DNA of 43,514 bases from the IMG/VR virus record IMGVR_UViG_3300005660_000003, positions 74,261-117,774 of that record; one strand, written 5' to 3'. The notes beneath the pieces were generated by a model. It was not told the origin of the DNA and did no database searches. It saw only the letters and a list, made by a program, of their open reading frames with translations. The translations under genes were made by a program, and so were the position numbers. Within the stretch, counting starts at the first letter, position 1. Each line of letters opens with the position of its first letter. The DNA comes from a virus. Taxonomy: Duplodnaviria; Heunggongvirae; Uroviricota; Caudoviricetes. Of the stretch, positions 35,836-43,514 are shown one piece after another.

Positions 35836-36873
35836 ATGAACCTTGACCTTTCCGATAAATCAACTGAGGTATTAAAAGCTACAGCTTCAGTTGACCCAGT
35901 AATTAGAGCAAAAGCTATAACTGATTTTTTCAGTGCTATTCAGCTACCAGTACGATCCGCTATCTTTGATGGCGATAATACCAGCAATATATTTAACGTA
36001 ACGCAGCTGGCTCCCGGAGTTTCTCCTGAAATTCCAACAGACGTAATTGCTCCCGGCCAAGAAGGCGACTATCGAGCATTTACAAACCCCGGCAAGGGAT
36101 ATATTCCTGCTGTGATGAGCTCTGGTGATAAGTTCACACTTGCAACGATTGGTGATGCCAACGCTGTTGAGTGGGATCTTGAGCATGCTCGTAATGCACG
36201 ATGGGATATCATCGGTCGTTATATGGAAGCTCTTATCGCTGGTTTCACCAAGAAGCAAAACGATAACTGCTGGCATACAATTCTGGCCGCCGTTGCTGAT
36301 AGAGGCTTGACCATCTATGACGCAGCTGCTCCAGTTGGAATGTTTACGAAGAAATTGTTCTCTCTGGCTCGTTGTAATATGGCCCGAGGCGGTGGCGGTA
36401 ATACAACGTCCATCAAGAAAAGCAAGATGACTGATGTTTATATGAGCTGTGAAGGTATCGAAGAAATCCTTAATTGGGATCTAACTCAAGTACCTGATTC
36501 AGTTCGTTCTCAGCTCTACAGTATGAGCGGCAAAGACAATACTACGCTTGATATCTTGGGGGTAAAACTTCATGAACTTCGTGAGCTTGGTGTTGGTCAG
36601 GAGTATCAGAACTATTACGTTAATACTCTTGGTGGCGCATTGGTTCCAATAATTGGCTCTACTCACGTAGCTGCTGACATTGAACTTGGTATTGCTTTGG
36701 ATCTATCTACTCGTGATTCATTCATAATGCTTGAAACACAAGCCCTACAACTCTTTGAAGATGGTCGCGAAGGCTCTCCTCTTCATAGAAGTCAGAAGGG
36801 TGGAGTTTATGGATGGAGGCGTTATGGGGTGGGAGTACTTGATTCAAGACGCTGCGCCGCCTTATCATATTGA
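35836..36873 (+). CDS. major capsid protein
   Basis: 345 aa; synteny, followed by a terminator; C-terminal GGVYGWRRYGVGVLDSRR. Confidence 0.8.
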   Translation: MNLDLSDKSTEVLKATASVDPVIRAKAITDFFSAIQLPVRSAIFDGDNTSNIFNVTQLAPGVSPEIPTDVIAPGQEGDYRAFTNPGKGYIPAVMSSGDKFTLATIGDANAVEWDLEHARNARWDIIGRYMEALIAGFTKKQNDNCWHTILAAVADRGLTIYDAAAPVGMFTKKLFSLARCNMARGGGGNTTSIKKSKMTDVYMSCEGIEEILNWDLTQVPDSVRSQLYSMSGKDNTTLDILGVKLHELRELGVGQEYQNYYVNTLGGALVPIIGSTHVAADIELGIALDLSTRDSFIMLETQALQLFEDGREGSPLHRSQKGGVYGWRRYGVGVLDSRRCAALSY

Positions 36874-36937
36874 TCCTTGTTGATAAGTATAAGCTATTTG
36901 ATTGTACATCTTACGTAGTATTTTGATAAAAAGACTT

Positions 36938-36980
36938 GGGGCGTGTGGTAAGTGATTATTCCGCCCCTTTTCTTATTTTT
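36938..36980 (+). terminator. terminator after the capsid gene
   Basis: GGGGCG...CGCCCC stem followed by TTTTCTTATTTTT. Confidence 0.6.
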
Positions 36981-37115
36981 GTAAAATTTTTGATACGTTT
37001 TCTAGAAAATTCACCTAAAAAAGAGAAGTACTCTATAGGTGGAGACGATATAGTATAAAATAGAAAACATATAAAAATCGCTTCGCTCTGATAACTGCAT
37101 GGGCCCTTCGGACAA

Positions 37116-38072
37116 ATGTACTTAAAAGAAAGAAGTGAAATGGATCAGAAAACTATGGAATTTGTAGCATCAGCTAAGTCAGTTCATGGTAATAGTTACA
37201 ATTACTCAAAAGTTGTTTACAAAAACAGCAAAACTAAAGTAGAGATTTATTGCCCGAAACATGATTTAGTCTTTTATCAAACTCCGGGTAATCATATTAA
37301 TAAGAAGTGTAGGTGTCCTAAGTGTGGTAGAGAGTCTGGAGCTAAATTACAAACAAAAGATGTAAACTCCTTTATAGAAGACGCTAAAGCACTACACTGC
37401 GATACGTATGATTATTCTAAAAGTGTTTACGTAAATAAGTACACAGATTTAATTATAACATGTCCAACACATGGGGATTTTACCCAAACACCATCTGCAC
37501 ATCTTAGAAATGGATCACCTTGCGGATGTCCTCAATGTGGTTTTGTTAAGATTGGAGATAGAAGTAGATCAACTACTGAAGATTTTATTAAAAAATCTAA
37601 AGAAATGTATGGTAATAAATTTAATTATTCTAAAACTGTCTACACGATAGATAAATCACCAGTAATAATACATTGTAATGATTGTAATGTGGATTTTAAA
37701 GTAATTGCTGCAAATCACCTACGTAGGGCTGGTGGGTGTAAATGTTGTATAAGCATTGGTGAGAAAAATATTAGATTATTTCTCGAAAAGAACAATATAT
37801 CATTTGAACAACAAAAACCTTTTGATGGATGTAAACTCCAAAGATCTTTAAAGTTTGATTTTTACTTGCCGGACTTTAATACCTGTATAGAATTTCAAGG
37901 TAGTCACCATTACTATCCTGAAAATTTTTTTGGTGGAGAAGAAGGTTTTAAAATTACTCAAAACAGAGATAAAATCAAATCAGATTACTGTTCCATTAAT
38001 AATATAAAACTAATTTACCTTACTAAAGATTCCGACATAAATAAAACTTTAGATTTCTTATGTTCAAAATAG
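37116..38072 (+). CDS. homing-endonuclease-like protein: repeated DUF723-like Zn motifs plus C-terminal PD-(D/E)xK/Vsr-like domain
   Basis: Three repeats of F-x(4)-K-x-x-(H/Y)...Y-x-YSK-x-VY...I-x-C-x-x-H...CP-x-C; KFDFYLPDFNTCIEFQGSHHY. Confidence 0.75.
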   Translation: MYLKERSEMDQKTMEFVASAKSVHGNSYNYSKVVYKNSKTKVEIYCPKHDLVFYQTPGNHINKKCRCPKCGRESGAKLQTKDVNSFIEDAKALHCDTYDYSKSVYVNKYTDLIITCPTHGDFTQTPSAHLRNGSPCGCPQCGFVKIGDRSRSTTEDFIKKSKEMYGNKFNYSKTVYTIDKSPVIIHCNDCNVDFKVIAANHLRRAGGCKCCISIGEKNIRLFLEKNNISFEQQKPFDGCKLQRSLKFDFYLPDFNTCIEFQGSHHYYPENFFGGEEGFKITQNRDKIKSDYCSINNIKLIYLTKDSDINKTLDFLCSK

Positions 38073-38096
38073 CCCATATAGCAAAAGGTTTCGTAG

Positions 38097-38615
38097 ATGG
38101 AACATGTTCATAAAGCTGTTGAAACAATAAGTAGATCTAACTTACAATACTGGATTAATGGAGGCGGTAGTTGGAGCGATAGAATAACTTATACTTCCAG
38201 TGATATGTTGCTCATGTTTTGTAGTACGTCTATTTGTTTGATAATGTTATGCATGTATGTATTTTATTCTTTTCAGGTTTACACATTTTCTAAGATTGTA
38301 AAAGAAAAACATTATATAAAGCACCATAAATATTTATGTGCTGCATTTTTAATATGTGGATTTATTCATTTTCTTAATACAGTTGTGGCTTGGTTTGTCC
38401 CACTCTATTGGTTTTCCATATCACTAATGTTAATTAACAGCATTGTGATGTATAAGTTAATATTGTCAAAGTCTCATTTATTATCTATGCAAAATTATAT
38501 AAATGGGGAAATTGCTGTTGAAAAGATCAACCACACTTTAGATTTAATAAGAAGTAAAGATTCAGAAAATATTAATGATATACTGACTAGGATAGAGGGT
38601 ATAATTAAAAGATGA
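38097..38615 (+). CDS. membrane protein resembling the ethylene-receptor (ETR1-type) N-terminal transmembrane domain
   Basis: Three hydrophobic helices; AAFLICGFIHFL...AWFVPLYWFS matches the AFI-x-x-CG-x-x-H...W-x-P-x-YW pattern. Confidence 0.6.
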   Translation: MEHVHKAVETISRSNLQYWINGGGSWSDRITYTSSDMLLMFCSTSICLIMLCMYVFYSFQVYTFSKIVKEKHYIKHHKYLCAAFLICGFIHFLNTVVAWFVPLYWFSISLMLINSIVMYKLILSKSHLLSMQNYINGEIAVEKINHTLDLIRSKDSENINDILTRIEGIIKR

Positions 38616-39295
38616 GTTTAAATATAGACCCATTATTTTTTAAATTACTTTGTGAGGATGCAGACCTTCCTTTCGCCGCAGTAGACGATGAATCTAAGTT
38701 TGTTTGGTTGAATGGGGCTTTTGAGAGGTTAGTTGGATACTCGATATTAGAGCTAATAGGTAAGTCTTGGATGTCAATAACGGTAAACGAGGATGTTGGG
38801 GCGGATTTAGCAAGCGTTAAGTCAGTAATTGACGGGAAAATACAATCTTATAGGATGGAAAAGAATTATATTCATAAAAGGGGACATAGGGTTCCGGTTG
38901 AGTTAACAGTTAGAAGATTTCCAATTGCTATGCACGAACCATTAATACTTTTTAGAGTAGAGGCTTGCCCAGCTAGAGCTACTCGCCCAGAACTTGAAGC
39001 TGTTCATGATGAATTGCTTCAGGAAATAATAAACTTGAAAAAGAGAATAGAAACTAATGAAATTATAGACAAGGATAGAATTAAAATAATTAATGGGGAT
39101 CAGTGGAGTAATGGCGATAAAAGCGGAAGAGATAAAATAACTAATAGTGATACGGCTATTCGATATTTAATTATCGCAGTTGTGATATTTTCAGTAGTAA
39201 TTTCTTGGTTAATTTATGATTTATCTGTTGTAAAATCTGGGGCCACTCCTAAAAAGCCCGATATACAAATTCCAATTAAAGGCTTAATAGAATGA
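38612..39295 (+). CDS. PAS domain - coiled coil - C-terminal transmembrane protein
   Basis: FAAVDDESKFVWLNGAFERLVGYSILELIGKSWMSIT...YRMEKNYIHKRGHRVPVELTV (PAS/PAC); TM YLIIAVVIFSVVISWLIY; no kinase or output domain. Confidence 0.85.
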   Translation: MSLNIDPLFFKLLCEDADLPFAAVDDESKFVWLNGAFERLVGYSILELIGKSWMSITVNEDVGADLASVKSVIDGKIQSYRMEKNYIHKRGHRVPVELTVRRFPIAMHEPLILFRVEACPARATRPELEAVHDELLQEIINLKKRIETNEIIDKDRIKIINGDQWSNGDKSGRDKITNSDTAIRYLIIAVVIFSVVISWLIYDLSVVKSGATPKKPDIQIPIKGLIE

Positions 39296-39702
39296 ATACA
39301 AGTGGATTATATAATCCCAGTGGTCTAGATAGAGTGTCTTCAGTGACTAGTAAAGACCATGCTGTTTATGTTGTAAATAGGTATAGTCGGCCTTCAGCCG
39401 CTTTAACCAATCGCAATATTACTGGGCAGACTCTATATAAGACTATAGCATCCACTGGGGGACTTACTGCTCTGGTGAGTGGCGTGTCAGATGCCCAATT
39501 AGAGGTTTTAAGTTACAATGTCTCTTCTAGCGGGGTTAACGCTGTAAGCTTCCTTTCTGGAACCGGTACTCTTCTTGAGACCACTTACTTAGCTGTAAAT
39601 TCTTCGGCTGATGGCGGGCCATTTAAAGCTGCTATCGCAGATTCACTTTATGTCTCTTCTTCTGGTCCAGTCGCTGGATCTATTGCGTATCGATTGGTTT
39701 AA
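39292..39702 (+). CDS. hypothetical (probably virion-associated) protein
   Basis: ORF track; Ser/Gly/Val-rich; coupled overlap with the upstream gene. Confidence 0.6.
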   Translation: MNTSGLYNPSGLDRVSSVTSKDHAVYVVNRYSRPSAALTNRNITGQTLYKTIASTGGLTALVSGVSDAQLEVLSYNVSSSGVNAVSFLSGTGTLLETTYLAVNSSADGGPFKAAIADSLYVSSSGPVAGSIAYRLV

Positions 39703-39703
39703 A

Positions 39704-40144
39704 ATGTCAGATCCAATATACGATACTTTAACTTTTGTAAGAGTATTAATAGATGATGTAGAGTCCCCGTATGAGTATTCTGATGACAGACTTATTACTC
39801 TTATAATGGTTGCTTCTAATTATGTAAACATGGACACTTCTTCTTCTTACACTATAAACTTGTGTGGGCAGACTATATCTCCTACACCAGATGCTAATTT
39901 TATAAACCTAACCGCCCTCAAGGCGGCCTGCATGCTACTTCGTAGTAATCATACTAGCTGGGCAAGAAATGATTTTAGAGTTAGTGATGGACCAACAACC
40001 GTAGATCTAAAGGGTATAGCAGATAAAACTAAGGTTGCGGCGGATTCAATTTGTAATTTGTATGAAAAAGCAAAATTAGATCAAATTATGGGCAGAAGTA
40101 TTTCTGGCTATATTATATCAACCCCTAGTTCGCAAGACTATTAA
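39704..40144 (+). CDS. head-tail adaptor/connector protein
   Basis: ATG at 39704; VRVLIDD...YSDDRL...AACMLL pattern and position after the capsid genes. Confidence 0.6.
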   Translation: MSDPIYDTLTFVRVLIDDVESPYEYSDDRLITLIMVASNYVNMDTSSSYTINLCGQTISPTPDANFINLTALKAACMLLRSNHTSWARNDFRVSDGPTTVDLKGIADKTKVAADSICNLYEKAKLDQIMGRSISGYIISTPSSQDY

Positions 40145-40229
40145 AGTATAATCAAGGTATTAAATGAGACCGGAAAATGAGCGTGAACTGATTGAATTAC
40201 ACCGGACAGAGACGCCGTAAGGAAAATAG

Positions 40230-42452
40230 ATGGACATTTTCGGAATAATCTGGAAGCGAATCAGAAACCTCACAGGTCCAACACTGCTCGGTAGACTCAC
40301 GTCAGGCGTTGGACCGGCGGAGCAGTTGAGCGATTCAGACGTACGGTCGTTTTTGGACGTGTACGATACATTTACGCTCGATACTGCATTAAATGACAAA
40401 GCAGCGACAAGTCATACCCACACGGCTTCGGGGATTACTGATTTTGACACGGCAGTGGCTGCCACACACTACGGAAGGTACAACGTACGTGATTACGGCG
40501 CTGTTGGTGACGGCACAACCGATGACACCATATCGTTGCAGGCGACGATCAATGCCGCAAATGCTGCTGGTGGTGGCGTAGTATTTATTCCGAAAGGAAC
40601 GTACCTAACGACTGGTATAATCGTTAGTAGTAATAACATCAAAATTGAGGGACAGGGTCGCACTAGCATAATCAAGCACTCGACGACGACTATCGCACTC
40701 ATGATTACGACATGCTCTGGAATCACTCTTTCAGATTTTGCAGTTGTCTGCACTGGCGGAAGCGGGACACAATCAGCAATCTATTGCAATGTACTTACTA
40801 ATTCGATCATCAACAGACTGTACATTGATTCGCCGGGCTACGATGGGATACAGCTTTTGTCGAACTGCGTCGGTGTAACAGTGACCGATAACGTAGTGAT
40901 TGGCTGTGGAGATGATGGAATCAATATAGGTGCTCAGCCGAGTAACCCAACCCGCAATTGCACTGTCTCTAATAATACGATTGCGAATTGCGGTAGTGAC
41001 GGCATCCATTTCTCGGAGGATTCCGAGGACAACGCAGCCGTAGGAAATACGATCCGAGATTGCAATGGAGGCATCAGCCTTTATAAATGCCGTCGTGTAT
41101 TGATTGCCGGAAATGCAATCGACAATTGCACCACCTACGGAATTTTAACCCCAGGTAGTGGCAATACTAATTTCACAATCGCCGGGAACATGATAAACGG
41201 AGGAACTCGCGGAATAGATATTCGAAACGCCTCCGTGAATTACGCGATCACCGGTAATATCATAGTTGCACCTGCAAACTATGGGATTGTAATCAGCGAG
41301 TACGCTCAATTATCCGTCAATGGAATTATCGATAATAATATAATCTCCGGAGGCTGTAGCGTAGCAGGGATTCTTGTCAGTGGATCGTCGGACGTAAACG
41401 TAAACAATAATACGATCTCTGGAGTGTCGGCTCTAGGTGTGAGCGTAGCTGCCGGAGGTACGTTGTATTGCCTGCGAATTAAAATTGACGGAAATCGGAT
41501 TGCTTCGGCTGGGCGATGCTTCGAGTTACTTGAGTCATCGGCTACTCAGCATATCAGCGTCACGAACAACGTTTTGAGTACGACATCGGCACGCGGAATT
41601 TTTTACTCTGGCGGAGCGTATTTTAGCATTTGCGGCAATCGCGTCATCGGTGCTAGCGACATTGGAATAGTAATCACAGCTAGTTCATCAAGATCAGGAT
41701 TTGGAGTTGTCACCAATAACTTAATAATTGGCGGATGCACTACAGCAGGGCTGTACTTCAACAATCATGATGATGTTCAGTCCGCCAATAACACGATCAC
41801 AGGGGTCTCAGGTGCGCCGACTCTAATAGTCTCGGGTGCGAGGGTCGGAAATGCGATTGGTACACCAATTAGTGGGGTGCTTACTAATTGCACCGGGCTT
41901 CCAGTTACCGGAATCGTCGCATCAACAAGTGCAGCAATTGGTGTTGGCTCAGTTGAGCTAGGGCACGCTAGTGACACAACTCTAACAAGAGTGTCGGCGG
42001 GCGTGGTAGCTGTTGAGGGTGTGAGGGTAGTTACCGCGTCCACTACAGTTGCTACCGCAACAACCAGTGGGTTAACACTAAAGACTTCCGACGATAATGT
42101 CGCCAATCCATTACTTAAAGTTCTATCAAGTGCGAATGCACTCATCGCAAGTATTGGAGCAACGGGAATAGGGGTACTCGCCAGCTTATCATTTCCAATA
42201 GTTGGTGGCGGTATCACGTATAAGTCCGGCACAGGTCAGCGGGCAGGCAACGCGACCTTAATTGCTGGCGCGGTCACGGTCACAAATACGTCAATTACCG
42301 CCAACAGCGTGATAACCATGACACGCAAAACAGCTGGCGGAACGCTCGGAAATCTAACCTATACGCTGTCCGCCGGAGCATCGTTCACAATAAATTCGGA
42401 CAGTGTCCTGGACACGTCAACTGTGTCATATTTAATAGTTGAGGTAGTCTAA
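40230..42452 (+). CDS. right-handed beta-helix (pectate lyase 3-like) tailspike / virion appendage protein
   Basis: YNVRDYGAVGDGTTDDTISLQATINAA...VFIPKGTY followed by many I-x-x-N-x-I repeats. Confidence 0.85.
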   Translation: MDIFGIIWKRIRNLTGPTLLGRLTSGVGPAEQLSDSDVRSFLDVYDTFTLDTALNDKAATSHTHTASGITDFDTAVAATHYGRYNVRDYGAVGDGTTDDTISLQATINAANAAGGGVVFIPKGTYLTTGIIVSSNNIKIEGQGRTSIIKHSTTTIALMITTCSGITLSDFAVVCTGGSGTQSAIYCNVLTNSIINRLYIDSPGYDGIQLLSNCVGVTVTDNVVIGCGDDGINIGAQPSNPTRNCTVSNNTIANCGSDGIHFSEDSEDNAAVGNTIRDCNGGISLYKCRRVLIAGNAIDNCTTYGILTPGSGNTNFTIAGNMINGGTRGIDIRNASVNYAITGNIIVAPANYGIVISEYAQLSVNGIIDNNIISGGCSVAGILVSGSSDVNVNNNTISGVSALGVSVAAGGTLYCLRIKIDGNRIASAGRCFELLESSATQHISVTNNVLSTTSARGIFYSGGAYFSICGNRVIGASDIGIVITASSSRSGFGVVTNNLIIGGCTTAGLYFNNHDDVQSANNTITGVSGAPTLIVSGARVGNAIGTPISGVLTNCTGLPVTGIVASTSAAIGVGSVELGHASDTTLTRVSAGVVAVEGVRVVTASTTVATATTSGLTLKTSDDNVANPLLKVLSSANALIASIGATGIGVLASLSFPIVGGGITYKSGTGQRAGNATLIAGAVTVTNTSITANSVITMTRKTAGGTLGNLTYTLSAGASFTINSDSVLDTSTVSYLIVEVV

Positions 42453-43514
42453 TGAGTGAAGTCATAAAAGTACGAATGCCAGCCGAAAAAGACGACGCTG
42501 GAACCTACACAGCCTTCCTGCGGTCACGTACTGCCGGGTTGCTGCTGAATTCCGGAGGTGATGCTCTTGTTCGCGTAGAGAATCCGCCGGGCACATACAC
42601 ACAGCTGAGAGAGTTCACGCTGGCAGAGACTCGCAGCGGTGACTATGACGTGATGATCTATTCCGGAACGGATGAAGACGACGATTTCTTGCTGTATAGG
42701 ATAACGCTGGTGGCAGGGCAGTCGGTTGCAGGAGATGTCGCATCACCAGCTACAGCGGTAGCATCAGGAACGGCGCAGAGCGGTAGTAGTATAGGCATCA
42801 CGATAGGAGCCGATAGTTCAGCCGTGACGGGGTTTTACCGTCGAAGTCGAATCACGCTAATTTCTGGGACAGGGGCAGGGCAGTCAAGAATTATAAACGA
42901 CTATGACGGGACGACGAAATTCGTGACAGTGTACCCGATGTGGCTGACATCGCCAGACGACACAACAGGTTACCAGATTGACGGGGACTATGCACCGGTC
43001 GTAAACACGGATGGCGAAATGGCGACGTATCGCATAAGCGAAAACGCAATATCAAGCGTATCGGTATCTGATGGCGCGGTCACAAAGATTCAGGTGGGGC
43101 TTGCAACATCAACAGCACTAGCAGCCGCTCAGGCAGATTTGGATATCATCACAGGTGCGGATGGAGTCAAGTTGCTGTCAGGCACTCAGGCGAGCATTGA
43201 CGAGATTAAGACTAACACAAATGAATTACAAACCAATCAGGGCGATTGGGCAACAGCCACTGGTTTTAGCACATTTGATCCAACAGTAGATACAGTTAAG
43301 GTGGGCGAGGTAAACGCAGCAGCGGTAGAAGATATTTTTTCTACCTATACCCTTGTTGAGTCTTACGCTGCTGTTAATACAATTGGGACCCCAGCACAAC
43401 TACTCTACTTTATACAGCAGGTGTTTTCTGAATTTACTATTAGTGGTACCACAATTTCTATTAAGGCCCTAAGTGGGTCAGATGAGATTGCCACCTTCAC
43501 TATGGATGATGCCA
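42452..43514 (+). CDS. virion structural protein, 3' partial
   Basis: Not in the ORF track. TAATG overlap at 42450-42454; the frame stays open to the window end (MSEVIKVRMP...GTGAGQSRIINDYDGTTKFVTV...). Confidence 0.75.
   Translation, partial: MSEVIKVRMPAEKDDAGTYTAFLRSRTAGLLLNSGGDALVRVENPPGTYTQLREFTLAETRSGDYDVMIYSGTDEDDDFLLYRITLVAGQSVAGDVASPATAVASGTAQSGSSIGITIGADSSAVTGFYRRSRITLISGTGAGQSRIINDYDGTTKFVTVYPMWLTSPDDTTGYQIDGDYAPVVNTDGEMATYRISENAISSVSVSDGAVTKIQVGLATSTALAAAQADLDIITGADGVKLLSGTQASIDEIKTNTNELQTNQGDWATATGFSTFDPTVDTVKVGEVNAAAVEDIFSTYTLVESYAAVNTIGTPAQLLYFIQQVFSEFTISGTTISIKALSGSDEIATFTMDDA

Noticed and set aside
27261-42232. Minus-strand ORFs inside terL, portal, protease, capsid and tailspike genes
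   Set aside because: They are antisense shadows of long, motif-supported genes.
1-43514. Genome-wide TAA (or TAG) stop-codon reassignment
   Set aside because: Long genes are uninterrupted in the standard code, and TAA and TAG end genes at sensible places (protease TAA then ATG at 35334; TAATG overlap at 42450; portal ends in TAG). Only two local in-frame TAAs were found.

Overview
This window is part of a large tailed dsDNA phage (Caudoviricetes) genome; the host cannot be determined from the sequence. Genes run on the minus strand from 1 to 22811 and on the plus strand from 23047 to the end. (1) 1-12 kb is an accessory/translation block. It holds an RNA ligase missing from the ORF track, a minimal TilS, an amidoligase-like gene, tRNA-Arg(UCU), tRNA-Leu(UAA), a Leu-bodied class II tRNA with a CAU anticodon, a tRNA-like element with a shortened anticodon arm, and two genes each broken by one in-frame TAA. 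An 11-bp motif (TTGTCCGAGAA) recurs six times. (2) About 12.7-20.3 kb is a visibly GC-richer array of short genes separated by a family of palindromic repeats, with two sigma-like genes. (3) 20.3-21.2 kb is non-coding, carries a repeated operator-like palindrome and may lie near the genome terminus. (4) 23-37 kb is the packaging/head module: sigma-like gene, probable TerS, Gmd-like dehydratase, HNH and ERCC4 nucleases, TerL with three inteins, portal, protease/scaffold, decoration protein and major capsid protein. (5) After the capsid gene come an ethylene-receptor-like membrane domain gene coupled to a PAS-coiled-coil-TM gene, then a head-tail adaptor and a GC-richer beta-helix tailspike-like insert. 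The strongest novelty candidates are the mini-TilS plus Leu-like tRNA(CAU), the kinase-less ETR1-like/PAS pair inside the virion module, and the palindrome-delimited gene-cassette array. All family assignments come from motifs recognised by eye; no database searches were run.
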